Shown here: piece after piece, positions 9,066 through 18,005 of the stretch | Position numbering within the stretch: position 1 is the first letter of the stretch | Layout of the letters: each line of letters begins with the position of its first letter | Translations under genes and position numbers: made by a program | Source of the DNA: Spirochaetales bacterium | GTDB taxonomy: Bacteria > Spirochaetota > Spirochaetia > JABEVK01 | Direction: 5' to 3' | DNA: 64,000 nt | Assembly: GCA_037142615.1 (NCBI GenBank) | Contig: JBAXAI010000019.1 | Span: 8,878 to 72,877 of the forward strand | The notes under the pieces: generated by a model | Told to the model about the DNA's origin: nothing | The model's input: only the letters and a program-made list of their open reading frames with translations | Databases searched by the model: none

Positions 9066-9395
9066 CTAGCGGTTGTCGCCGCTTCCGTGCAGTTGACCCC
9101 GCTGCTGGCGGGCCTTGAGTTTCTCAAGGTTGAGGGCTGCGACCTCTTCCAGGGTGAGCCCCAGCGTGTCGCTGAGCACCGCGAGGTACCACAACACGTC
9201 GCCAAGTTCCTTTTGAATTTCCAGTTTGTCGTCCGGCGAAATCTGACCGCCTTTGTCGCGGTAGATCTTCTTGAACTTTTCGGCCACCTCGCCGGTTTCG
9301 CCGCTCAGACCCAGAACCGTGCAGATGAGCCGCTGCTCAGGATTGGTGTAAACGGCTGTGGTCTTGGCTTGCGCCTGATAGTCATTCAGTTTCAT
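9066..9395 (-). CDS. MazG-like nucleotide pyrophosphohydrolase
   Basis: LGLSGETGEVAEKFKK, ELGDVLWY, GSGDNR end. Confidence 0.92.
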   Translation of the reverse strand: MKLNDYQAQAKTTAVYTNPEQRLICTVLGLSGETGEVAEKFKKIYRDKGGQISPDDKLEIQKELGDVLWYLAVLSDTLGLTLEEVAALNLEKLKARQQRGQLHGSGDNR

Positions 9396-9435
9396 GGTCA
9401 CAGTCTAGCGAAGGTTCTTCTTTTCGCAAAGGTAG

Positions 9436-9455
9436 CTGTCTACAAAATCAGACAG
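9436..9455. promoter_or_regulatory. Candidate enhancer (bEBP) site
   Basis: Inverted repeat CTGTCT-N8-AGACAG about 90-110 bp upstream of the sigma54 promoter, in an AT-rich stretch. Confidence 0.4.
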
Positions 9456-9544
9456 AATCTTGTTTCTCTTGACAAGTACAGACAAGAGTTCTTTTAAGCG
9501 TATGTCAGAAAAGGAATTAGAGAAGGACTTCTCTTGCAGAGAAC

Positions 9545-9561
9545 TTGGCACCGTTCTTGCT
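9545..9561 (+). promoter_or_regulatory. sigma54 (-24/-12) promoter
   Basis: TTGGCAC-CGTTC-TTGCT matches TGGCAC-N5-TTGC; followed by GGAGG and GTG 9583. Confidence 0.82.
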
Positions 9562-9582
9562 TGGCTCTGGGTGGAGGCTGTT

Positions 9583-10416
9583 GTGAACACCATCCCCCTT
9601 CTTATGGAATCTGACGATGCCTTGGCCCGCTACTTTGAAGAAATCTCCCGTACTCCGCTGCTCGATTTCGAGCAGGAGCAGGCGCTGTCGCAGCAGGTTC
9701 TGGCCGGCAGTCGCACCGCAAAACAGCGGCTTATCCAGGCAAACCTCCGGTTGGTGGTCAAGATCGCCAAAGCCTACACGCGCTACGGGATGTCGTTTTC
9801 CGATCTCATCCAGGAAGGAAATCTTGGGCTCATCCACGCCGCCGGGAAGTTCGATTTCCACCGCAACGTCCGCTTCTCGACTTACGCTTCGTGGTGGATC
9901 AAACAATCCATCGTCCGCGCTCTTGTCAACAAGAACCGCATGATCCGCCTGCCGCACCGCAAGGAAGAGGCCCTGAGGCGTATGTCCGGTTTGTTGGCCG
10001 AAGCCGGTTCGCATGCCCCCGGAGTCGACGAGCTTTCGACCCGTCTGAATCTGGGCCGCCGTGACGTGCTCCAGTTGTTGGAACTCGCGGGCAACGTCGC
10101 CTCGCTGGACAAAGAGCACGGTGACGATTCCATGACGTTGATGGACCACGTGGAAGACTCTTCCTATCAACCTGAGCACCTTTGCCTCGCCTCAGCTTTG
10201 CACGACGATGCGCACCGGGTGCTCGGCTCTCTGTCGGGTCGTGAACAAGCCGTTATCCGGGCAAGATTTGCCTTTGACGGAGCCAAGAAGGGCACCTTGA
10301 AGACCGTTGCCAGCCAGTTGCGTATTTCGGCAGAAACCGTCAGGCAGGTTGAACTCAGGGCGCTCGCAAAGCTCCGCAGTCAGTACGCAGGTCAGCACCT
10401 CTACCACGCGAACTAG
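9583..10416 (+). CDS. Group-2 (RpoS-like) sigma70 factor
   Basis: Regions 1.2, 2 (NLRLVVKIAK, DLIQEGNLGL, FSTYASWWIKQ), 3 and 4 (ETVRQVE) present; no region 1.1. Confidence 0.85.
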   Translation: MNTIPLLMESDDALARYFEEISRTPLLDFEQEQALSQQVLAGSRTAKQRLIQANLRLVVKIAKAYTRYGMSFSDLIQEGNLGLIHAAGKFDFHRNVRFSTYASWWIKQSIVRALVNKNRMIRLPHRKEEALRRMSGLLAEAGSHAPGVDELSTRLNLGRRDVLQLLELAGNVASLDKEHGDDSMTLMDHVEDSSYQPEHLCLASALHDDAHRVLGSLSGREQAVIRARFAFDGAKKGTLKTVASQLRISAETVRQVELRALAKLRSQYAGQHLYHAN

Positions 10417-10423
10417 CTTTAAC

Positions 10424-10452
10424 TTGACCCCGGCTAGAGGTCCGACTATGAT
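10424..10452 (+). promoter_or_regulatory. sigma70 promoter for tsaD operon
   Basis: TTGACC-N17-TATGAT. Confidence 0.7.
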
Positions 10453-10488
10453 AACCGATCGGCCCTTCCTGGGCCCGGGGAGCGGCCG

Positions 10489-10716
10489 TTGTTTCAAGAT
10501 ATCGAAAAGACACGCGACACCATCCTGCAGGCGATTGAGGACGGTCGGAAAATGTCGCTCACCAAGGGCCGTGCCTTCCAGATCGGCCCGCTTTGGTCGG
10601 GCCCTCTCGCTGAAACACTGATGGAGGTCTACCCCCACCTCTTTGAAGAAGGCTACAGCCTGGAAGAACTCTCCCAGATGCTTCAGGAGCCCGGGAATGA
10701 CGGTCCTCGGGATTGA
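10489..10716 (+). CDS. Small ORF resembling the C-terminus of divergent polysaccharide deacetylases (remnant)
   Basis: (ERP)LFQDIEK...GRAFQIGPLWS..LAETLMEVYP..GY resembles RDVFLD...GxAIxIGH; overlaps the tsaD start. Confidence 0.5.
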   Translation: MFQDIEKTRDTILQAIEDGRKMSLTKGRAFQIGPLWSGPLAETLMEVYPHLFEEGYSLEELSQMLQEPGNDGPRD

Positions 10717-11710
10717 GTCCTCCTGCGATGAGTGCGCGGTCGCCGTGGTCAGGGACGGCAAGACCATCCTTTCCTCGGTTATCAACAGTCAGGTAACTGC
10801 ACACCAACCCTATGATGGGGTCGTACCCGAACTCGCTTCACGGCTCCATGTGGAAGCCATAACGCCAGTCTACCGTCAGGCGCTGGCAGAAGCTGGGTTA
10901 AGTTCCGCGCAGCTCGACGCCATCGCCGTTACGAACCGCCCCGGACTCGTCGGCAGCCTGCTCGTCGGAGTGTCGTTCGCGAAGGCTCTCGCCTTCTCGC
11001 TGGACAAGCCTCTCTTGGGCGTCGATCACATTCTGGCACACCTGTACGCCCCGAATCTGGAACAACCCGTGGAGTACCCCCATCTGGGCCTTCTCGTTTC
11101 GGGTGGGCATACGCTCCTGACGCTTGTCAGGGCCTTTGATGAGGTCGATGTGCTCGGGACTACCATCGATGATGCCGTGGGGGAAGCCTTTGACAAGGTG
11201 GCCAAGTACTATGGGCTCGGTTATCCGGGTGGAAAGGCCATCGATGATCTTGCCAAGTCGGGCGATTCGGGCGCCTACAAGTTTCCCCATTCGCGCCTCG
11301 ACAAGGGCAACCACCCGTGGGACGTTTCGTACTCCGGGCTCAAGACTGCCGTCATCAACCAAAAGGAACGCTTCCTCCAGCCCGGCAAGACCGCCTCCCT
11401 CGAAAACCTATGCGCCAGCTTCCAGAAAGCGGCGGTCGATGTGTTGTGGAACAAGCTTGAGGCGCTTGTCAAGGAAACCGGTGTGACACGGGTCGTGGCG
11501 GGCGGGGGTGTGGCCGCGAACTCCTACCTGCGCAGCCGGGCCGCGGCCCATCCACGCTGGACCGTTCGGTTTCCCTCGTTGGCGCTGTGCTCCGACAATG
11601 CCGCCATGATCGCCGGTTGGGCCTGGGCCGCGCTGCTGCGCGGTGATCGCAGCACAAACCAACTCAACGCCGAAAGCCGGGTTGCCCGCTTCAAGAGGAA
11701 GTATCCGTGA
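10697..11710 (+). CDS. tsaD: tRNA N6-threonylcarbamoyladenosine synthesis protein TsaD
   Basis: LGIESSCDE, GVVPELASRLH, HILAH, LLVSGGHT, DDAVGEAFDK, SDNAAMI. Confidence 0.97.
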   Translation: MTVLGIESSCDECAVAVVRDGKTILSSVINSQVTAHQPYDGVVPELASRLHVEAITPVYRQALAEAGLSSAQLDAIAVTNRPGLVGSLLVGVSFAKALAFSLDKPLLGVDHILAHLYAPNLEQPVEYPHLGLLVSGGHTLLTLVRAFDEVDVLGTTIDDAVGEAFDKVAKYYGLGYPGGKAIDDLAKSGDSGAYKFPHSRLDKGNHPWDVSYSGLKTAVINQKERFLQPGKTASLENLCASFQKAAVDVLWNKLEALVKETGVTRVVAGGGVAANSYLRSRAAAHPRWTVRFPSLALCSDNAAMIAGWAWAALLRGDRSTNQLNAESRVARFKRKYP

Positions 11711-13737
11711 GGAACGTCTGGATGTTCCTCCTGCTCGCGACTCTGGGGGCTTGCTCGCTCGATCTCCGTGAGCCGCTGAAAGTCCAAGGCCTGAGCGGCG
11801 TCGTCAACTTGCGCTCGTACGACTTCGACTCGGGAGTCGCCGTCGAGCCCACGGGCTGGGGCTGGGACGCTGGCGTTCTCTGGGTCCCCGGTCGGGAAGG
11901 CCGTCCGGAATCGCTGCTGCCGGCTGTCTTTCTCGGCGGACCAGAAACTGGGGGTACCCTCGTGCAGAACCTCGTTCGGCCCTACCGGCCTGGCGAGCGT
12001 GGCGGCCTCACCTCCGCAACGGCCTGGGTCACTCTGCTTGTACCCCCTGGGAAGGCCTTGGCCCTGCAGATCGGTTCCTTTCCAGGCGCGCAGAGCGTCT
12101 GGGTGAACGGTATTTTGGTTTTGTCGCGTGGGGTGGTGAGCACCGAACCGGACCGCTACCGCGCCGACGGCTTCGGTAGTTTCGTTACCGTTCAACCCCA
12201 GGAAGGACGTTTGGAAATCGTAGCCCAGTTGGTAAGCGACGACCCACTTGTTTTGCATCCCGAACTCGGACGTAGATGGTACGTCGCTGCCACTGAGCTC
12301 CAGCTGAAGGCTTCCAGTCAAGAAGAGCTTTTGCGGGCTCTTCAGGTCGCTGTGCTTGGTGTCACCTTGCTAGGCTTTTTCTTCGTCGGATTCCTGAAGC
12401 GCCAGGTGGGAAGTTTGATTCCCTTTGGGGCTTTCCTGCTGATGTGCATGCTCAAGGCGGTCTTCAACGTGGAACAGGCCCAGCCCCTGCTGTACTTTCT
12501 GACGGTACCTTCGGGGAGTCGGGTCTACTTGTTCCTCAACCACGGTCTGAACTTCTTGCCGTTTCCGCTCTTCGTCTGGTTTCTTCACAAGCAGTTCCCT
12601 CTTGAAATTAGCCGTTGGTTCCTAGGAGTTCTGGCAGTTCTGACCGCAATATTCGAGATTTGGGAGCTGTTTCCGCTGGTGGCGCTGGCCAATGGTTTTG
12701 ACACACCTTACCGCGCGGTGCTGGCCGGAGCGTGGCAATTCTCCCTCAACTTGTTCACCGTCGTAACGGTCCTGGTGCTTTTCGAACGCCTCTACGCCGT
12801 GTTTCGGACTGGCAAACCGGTCGCTCGATCGCTTTTTGTGGGAGGGGCCCTCCTCGGTTTGCTCACCTTGTTTCCTGTCGTTCTCAGCGTATTTCTTGAG
12901 GTCAGGTTCTCCTACTTCCTGAGTTGGGGAGTCTTCTTGTTTCTCCTGGTTGTGACGACCGACCTGATTCGCCTGGAAATCCGTTCCAGCGAACAACAGC
13001 AGCGCCTCCTGCAGATTCGGATTGGCGAACTGGCGGTGCTCGGGCATTTTGTTCCCCCCAATCTCGCCCAGCGCTTCGGCCACAGCCGAACAGAGGACCT
13101 AAGGGCCGGTGACCGGCGCCTTTCGGAAGGGATCTTTCTGGAGCTCGATTGCGCCGCCTCGCCAGAGCTTTGGCTTCCAGTGATTCAGGACATCGTCACC
13201 AAGCGCCAGGGCATTCACGTTCGTCGACAGGGAAACGTGACGACCTGGCTCACGGACGCTCGCTCCGAGAACGCGCTCGAGCTCGCGCTGGAACTGAGGC
13301 AGTGCTTTCAGGCGCTGGGCTTTGAGTATCGCCAGGTCCTCGTCCGAGGCGTGGTGGAACTAAGGATCCTGCCCGGGGTGCTTTGGCTGACTTCGGTGGA
13401 ACCGCTTCCGCTGGAAAGGCTGGCTCAACTGCACCGGCGCGCACGAGACTGCGGAGCGACCTTGGTTCTGGATGCCGGCCTCAAGGATGGTTTGGTAGTT
13501 GGTGGCTGGCGAGACCACCGCCTGATATCTGACTCGAGTTCCGAAATCGAGCTCTTTGAACTGGAAACGGGCCCGCAAGTGCGGCTGAAGAGGGAAACCC
13601 TCTCCCTGTTTGAAGACGCGATGATACTGGCAGCCCTGCAGAAGTTCACCGCGGCGCAGGAAATCCTGTTGGAAGTGCTCCGGCGCAACCCCCTCGACAC
13701 CGCAGCGAAGTATTTTCTGGCCTACTGGAGCCGCTGA
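11707..13737 (+). CDS. 7TM-DISM-type receptor with degenerate class III nucleotide cyclase-like C-terminus
   Basis: LGAC lipobox-like N-terminus, DISM-like extracellular domain, about 7 TM, FVP...GD linker, and NPLDTAAKYFL TPR-like tail. Confidence 0.65.
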   Translation: MRNVWMFLLLATLGACSLDLREPLKVQGLSGVVNLRSYDFDSGVAVEPTGWGWDAGVLWVPGREGRPESLLPAVFLGGPETGGTLVQNLVRPYRPGERGGLTSATAWVTLLVPPGKALALQIGSFPGAQSVWVNGILVLSRGVVSTEPDRYRADGFGSFVTVQPQEGRLEIVAQLVSDDPLVLHPELGRRWYVAATELQLKASSQEELLRALQVAVLGVTLLGFFFVGFLKRQVGSLIPFGAFLLMCMLKAVFNVEQAQPLLYFLTVPSGSRVYLFLNHGLNFLPFPLFVWFLHKQFPLEISRWFLGVLAVLTAIFEIWELFPLVALANGFDTPYRAVLAGAWQFSLNLFTVVTVLVLFERLYAVFRTGKPVARSLFVGGALLGLLTLFPVVLSVFLEVRFSYFLSWGVFLFLLVVTTDLIRLEIRSSEQQQRLLQIRIGELAVLGHFVPPNLAQRFGHSRTEDLRAGDRRLSEGIFLELDCAASPELWLPVIQDIVTKRQGIHVRRQGNVTTWLTDARSENALELALELRQCFQALGFEYRQVLVRGVVELRILPGVLWLTSVEPLPLERLAQLHRRARDCGATLVLDAGLKDGLVVGGWRDHRLISDSSSEIELFELETGPQVRLKRETLSLFEDAMILAALQKFTAAQEILLEVLRRNPLDTAAKYFLAYWSR

Positions 13738-14399
13738 CCCGCGAGCCGATGTTCCTCGGCCTCGCTGAGCCGCAGGTAGAAAGGGCCCTCATGAGGACTC
13801 ATGGGTGGTTCGACGGACGATCGCGACTCCAGTTGTGCCATGAGTGCAGGGGTCCAGTCGTCGATCTGCATAGCATCCCACCCCGAAGGGAGCTCCCCAA
13901 GTCGAGTTGCCATGAGCTGACCCTGATAACCCGAGAGCGCGACCGACCCGGACCAGTGTTTCGTGATCTCGTCGAGCCAGCGGTCCGGGGACCAGTCCGA
14001 AACGGGAATCAAGACTCGGTCGCCGTGCACAAGAGTACCGTAGAACCGCTGTTTGCGTGCATCGATGGCTGCGAAGACCGCAGTCTCCGGCCGACGGTAG
14101 AGGCGGTTCCAGGTCGTAGCCATCGCGTTCAGGCTATCGAGTGGCCATAAGGGGCAGCCCCAGCCCTCGGCCAGGCCTTTTGCCGTCGAAAGACCGATTC
14201 GAAGTCCGGTGAAGCTCCCGGGTCCAACTGCGACGCCGATCTGGTCAGGGACCTGTCCCTGAAGGAGGTCCTTCAACCGTGGAAGAATATCTCCCGCGTG
14301 ATTGCCTTGTGACGCGACGTTGATAAGCCGCAACGCATCGTTGGTTTTCCACCCGAGAAGGAGTTTCTCAGTGGCTGTGTCGATCACCAAGCGGGTCAT
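13722..14399 (-). CDS. tsaB: tRNA threonylcarbamoyladenosine protein TsaB
   Basis: MTRLVIDTAT, GPGSFTGLRIG, IDARK, FYLRLSEAE. Confidence 0.95.
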   Translation of the reverse strand: MTRLVIDTATEKLLLGWKTNDALRLINVASQGNHAGDILPRLKDLLQGQVPDQIGVAVGPGSFTGLRIGLSTAKGLAEGWGCPLWPLDSLNAMATTWNRLYRRPETAVFAAIDARKQRFYGTLVHGDRVLIPVSDWSPDRWLDEITKHWSGSVALSGYQGQLMATRLGELPSGWDAMQIDDWTPALMAQLESRSSVEPPMSPHEGPFYLRLSEAEEHRLAGQRLQ

Positions 14400-14836
14400 G
14401 GCGTTACTCCTTCGAACGTGTTCGACACCCAAAGCTTTCGTCCAAAGGGCGTAATTTCCAAGACCAGATCCCAGCGCAGGGAGGGGAGCTCTGGGCCCAA
14501 CCTTTGAGGCCACTCCACCAGACACACGGCACCGGACTCGAGTGTTTCCCACCCGCCAATGGAGGCAAACTCCTCAGGTCCCGAAAGTCGGTACAGGTCA
14601 AAGTGGGCCACAGCGAATCGCCCTTCATAGGTGTTTAACAAAGTGTAGGTTGGACTGGTCACCGTCTCGAGGACGCCAAGGCCAAATGCGATGGCTTTTG
14701 CCAACGTCGTCTTGCCCGCGCCCAACTCACCGCTGAGGCAAACCACTTGGCCCGCGCTCAAACTCGCTCCAAAACGCTCTCCCCAATGCCGCAACGCTTT
14801 TGAGCTCGAGAACGACCTTGAAACCGGCGTCGTCAG
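14396..14836 (-). CDS. tsaE: tRNA threonylcarbamoyladenosine ATPase TsaE
   Basis: GELGAGKT, SPTYTL, HFDLYRL, VEWP. Start uncertain (CTG 14836 or TTG 14794). Confidence 0.95.
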   Translation of the reverse strand: MTTPVSRSFSSSKALRHWGERFGASLSAGQVVCLSGELGAGKTTLAKAIAFGLGVLETVTSPTYTLLNTYEGRFAVAHFDLYRLSGPEEFASIGGWETLESGAVCLVEWPQRLGPELPSLRWDLVLEITPFGRKLWVSNTFEGVTP

Positions 14837-15096
14837 AGCAACGAGCCTTTCCGGTCAAGAAGATTGATTTCGTCTTTGAGGGACTTGAGAATGGGAACCA
14901 GCGGGTATTCGATCGCGTCGACGAAATTGATGCGAATGTCCTTGGACCCGATTGGCGTCATTTCGACGATAAACTCGATCCGTTTTGACAAAGTCTTCTT
15001 GTCGCTTGACTCAAAAACCGCGCGCGCTGTGTATTCGTTCCGGTAATGGAGCGGAACGTTCTTCTTCACGATGTCGGCGATCTCGGTCAATTTCAT
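14833..15096 (-). CDS. Small conserved-looking hypothetical protein
   Basis: 87 aa; TTGACC-N18-TAGAAT upstream; abuts tsaE. Confidence 0.75.
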   Translation of the reverse strand: MKLTEIADIVKKNVPLHYRNEYTARAVFESSDKKTLSKRIEFIVEMTPIGSKDIRINFVDAIEYPLVPILKSLKDEINLLDRKGSLL

Positions 15097-15121
15097 AAGC
15101 CCATTCTAAAGGAGGCCCCAC

Positions 15122-15964
15122 CTAGCGGTCAAGCTGGAAATCCAACACCTGACGAGCGTGTTCTCTCCGAAGTCTCGGCGCAAGTTCATATTCGATCAGG
15201 TCGCCCAGCAACACAAAGTCCTGGGCCTTGAGTGCCAGCTCAACCTCGGCCAAGAACGGCTGGAGGTCCCGTCGAAAGGCTCTCCAGAGTCCAGACTCTG
15301 CCGTTTCCGGCCCCGAAAGGGGCTCGAGCGCGTCGAGTTGTTCCACCAGCGTAAGGAGCTCAACGACCTGATCCAGAGCCTCTTTGTCCTTACCCTTTTG
15401 CCACAGGAGAGGAAGCTGCTCGACCTTTTCCAGTTCCAGGCCAAGTTGGACCAGCGCCCGCTGACGGGCTTGCAGCGGGGTGCCCGCCCCGGAGCGCAAC
15501 TGTTGAGTCAATCGCTCAAGGTGCTGCAAGGCCTCGGCCAACCGCGGAAGGTCGTCCCAGGCGGCGTCGAGTAAGGCCAGTTCCTTCTCCGCGCTCCTCC
15601 CGGCTTGTTTGGCCAAAGGAAGCAAGGTGGCTCGTATCGCGGGGAACTCAGCCCGAAGATCAGCGAGCACGGCCTTGTCGCCCGCTCGTGTTGCTGCTTT
15701 TGCCAGTTCCACGACTTCAAGAACGACTCCCAAGCGTGCTGAAGTGCCGGTCTCAGCAGGAACTGTTTCCAACTCGATGGTGGCTACCAGTTCGAGCTTC
15801 CGCGCGAGTTCTTGCGGACCTGGAGCAACGCCATCGACAAGAAAACCCAGCACCGCGTGATTCTGAGTCAGCGACCAAGATTCCAGCGAACGGTAGAGGT
15901 CGGCAACGGTGACTTCGTGCTCAAGCGTCAGGTCGACCTTGGTCTGGTTGATCAGAAGTGTCAT
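15122..15964 (-). CDS. Hypothetical helical protein downstream of fliD
   Basis: 280 aa; C-terminal DFVLLGDLIEYELAP motif typical of flagellar-region hypotheticals; AAGGA RBS. Confidence 0.75.
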   Translation of the reverse strand: MTLLINQTKVDLTLEHEVTVADLYRSLESWSLTQNHAVLGFLVDGVAPGPQELARKLELVATIELETVPAETGTSARLGVVLEVVELAKAATRAGDKAVLADLRAEFPAIRATLLPLAKQAGRSAEKELALLDAAWDDLPRLAEALQHLERLTQQLRSGAGTPLQARQRALVQLGLELEKVEQLPLLWQKGKDKEALDQVVELLTLVEQLDALEPLSGPETAESGLWRAFRRDLQPFLAEVELALKAQDFVLLGDLIEYELAPRLRREHARQVLDFQLDR

Positions 15965-15973
15965 GGAAAATCC

Positions 15974-17941
15974 TTATTGTCCGGAGGTGTTGGAGTTGAG
16001 TGCGTTCAGCGAGGCAGAGTTCTTGTTCAGCGCGTTGAGTGAGGCTTCCATGTTCCCGTATTTCGTCTTGAGGTCCTGTTGGTAACGGGTGAGGTAGTCG
16101 TTGTAGTTCGAGATCTCTTTCTTCTTGGCCGTGAGGTCGCCCTCGATGGTGCTGATGTGCATGGCATTGAAGCCACCGAGCTGCGTAGCGGGTTTGAGCA
16201 GCTCGTCGACACCGAAAGCGGCCCCGGTGTTCACAATGAGCGACCCATCGGTACTGTTCCCAAAGAGTTTGCGCACCCCATCGACGTCTCGGGCGATGGA
16301 TTCGTCGAGCTTGGGCTCGTCGACCTCTAAATAGCCCCTGAGTTTCGAAACGTTGACTTTATCGCCTGTGTTGGCCGCGTTGGTCGAAATACCAATCTGC
16401 GCAAGCAGCGAAAAGGGAGATCCGTCGGTGGGGTAGGGGTTCATGAGTATTCGCTGCAAGCCGTTCTTTGTCTGGTTCAGGGCGATGTCCCCTTGAAATC
16501 GCCCCAGGTTAGCCTCTGCCTTGGACTTTTCTGCATCGGTCAGGTAGCTCGCCTCGGTGATAATCGGGGAAGCCGCTGGATTCGTGTCGCGAATCGAAGT
16601 CAGCACCAAAATGTCGGTGATCAGTCGGTTGTAGCTGGCCAAAAAGGAGATGATTCCGTCCTTGATCGCTTTTTTGTCGGGTTCTACTTTGACCGAAACC
16701 GGCTTGTCGGAGGCGCCCTTCAAGTTGAGGGTCACGCCCGGTATGAGGTCCGAGACAGCGTTGGAATCCCGTTTGACCCTGATGCCTTCAAAGTCGAGCT
16801 CCGCGTCGGAGGCCTTGGATAGAGGGTGTGTAGCCACCAAGCCGCTGGGAACCTTGGGATCGACCAGACTGATGCCCGAAACCGTGATGGAACGTGCGCT
16901 GTTGCCATTGGCAAGGTCAACCGAGCTCAGCACGGTTGCGGCCGGGAAGACATAGGTATAGGACGTTGCGGTTTCCGAATCGGGGAGTTCGGGCAAGGTC
17001 AGCGCCCCCGTCTCGACTTTCACCGACAGACCTTTCATGCTCCGGACCTCGGGCGGCGGGGCTGCCGGCGGTGGCAGTGGAATATCGCCCTTCATGGCGG
17101 CCCCACTGATGGTGATTCCCTCGTAGGTGACAGCAGGGCTATCCGGCAGCACAAAGCCCTTTGCGTTCGTCGAAGCTGCCGCAGGTGCCGGAGCGACCTG
17201 AACTTTAACCGTCATACGGAGCTCAGTCCCCGCAGCCACGCTGATGGGACTCTCGGGTGCCCAGGTTTGACTGGCCCCCGGAACCACCGTGGTGTCCTTC
17301 TCGAGCAGCACTTTTCGGAATCCGGCCGGCGAGCCGATCATTCCAAGGTCCTTCAGGGTTGATTCGGCCGCCTTTTGAAAACTCAGGGAGTTCTTGGCAC
17401 CTACGGGCACTGCTTCGAGCTGGAGGATTTGGGTCTCGGCTGTGTCCTTGATCAGAGATGCCTTCAGGAGGTCGGGTTTCTTAAGGTTGATGGCGTCGAC
17501 AAAGCTGCTGAGCTTGCCGCCCTTGAACGTCAACGCGACTTCTTTGTCGCCGATCTTGAACAGGTAGTCTCCCGAGGGAATCTGCTTGTCGAGCGCGAGC
17601 GAGCCTGAAAGAAGACGGTCATTTGCCGCCGAGGCGAGTACCTTGACGTTGTAATTGCCATTCGAGGCCGCTCGCGTCGCCGAGACGGTGAGTGCATCCT
17701 CGTTTCCGGAGGTGCCTACCTTGCTGCCAAACGGCGTATTGAACCCATAGAGCACTTTGGCCGAATCGCGAACATCTTGCATGTACTTGTTCGTGGATTG
17801 CCAGACAACTTTGGTGTCTTCCAGTGTCTTTTGATCGGCCTGAAGTTTGACAAGCTTGTTTCGTTCGACTTTGACAAGACTGTCGATGATGGTTTGAGTA
17901 CCGTACTTGCTGTTGACGCCAGGAATACTGATGTCGGACAT
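15974..17941 (-). CDS. fliD: Flagellar filament cap protein FliD
   Basis: MSDISIPGVNSKY N-terminus, NAVSDLIPGVTLNLK, coiled-coil C-terminus; downstream of flaG. Confidence 0.95.
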   Translation of the reverse strand: MSDISIPGVNSKYGTQTIIDSLVKVERNKLVKLQADQKTLEDTKVVWQSTNKYMQDVRDSAKVLYGFNTPFGSKVGTSGNEDALTVSATRAASNGNYNVKVLASAANDRLLSGSLALDKQIPSGDYLFKIGDKEVALTFKGGKLSSFVDAINLKKPDLLKASLIKDTAETQILQLEAVPVGAKNSLSFQKAAESTLKDLGMIGSPAGFRKVLLEKDTTVVPGASQTWAPESPISVAAGTELRMTVKVQVAPAPAAASTNAKGFVLPDSPAVTYEGITISGAAMKGDIPLPPPAAPPPEVRSMKGLSVKVETGALTLPELPDSETATSYTYVFPAATVLSSVDLANGNSARSITVSGISLVDPKVPSGLVATHPLSKASDAELDFEGIRVKRDSNAVSDLIPGVTLNLKGASDKPVSVKVEPDKKAIKDGIISFLASYNRLITDILVLTSIRDTNPAASPIITEASYLTDAEKSKAEANLGRFQGDIALNQTKNGLQRILMNPYPTDGSPFSLLAQIGISTNAANTGDKVNVSKLRGYLEVDEPKLDESIARDVDGVRKLFGNSTDGSLIVNTGAAFGVDELLKPATQLGGFNAMHISTIEGDLTAKKKEISNYNDYLTRYQQDLKTKYGNMEASLNALNKNSASLNALNSNTSGQ

Positions 17942-18005
17942 GACTGTTGCCGCTGCCTCCAGGTACCGGTCCTCCGGGAGGCTCGCCTTGCGCGGTCTAC
18001 CCGGA

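Noticed and set aside
6714-9395. Anti-phage system (DISARM/Druantia-type helicase plus MazG)
   Set aside because: The partner is a YprB-type exonuclease, with no methylase, PLD or other defence genes; MrfAB-like repair fits better
7146-9497. 783-aa plus-strand ORF (similarly 44036..45544, 47527..49077, 54662..55936, 57976..59496, 29310..30200)
   Set aside because: Antisense shadows of well-supported genes, expected with high GC3; no recognisable motifs
9460-9582. Longer N-terminus of the sigma factor, and ORF 9405..9593
   Set aside because: The region holds the sigma54 promoter and RBS; the start at GTG 9583 fits better
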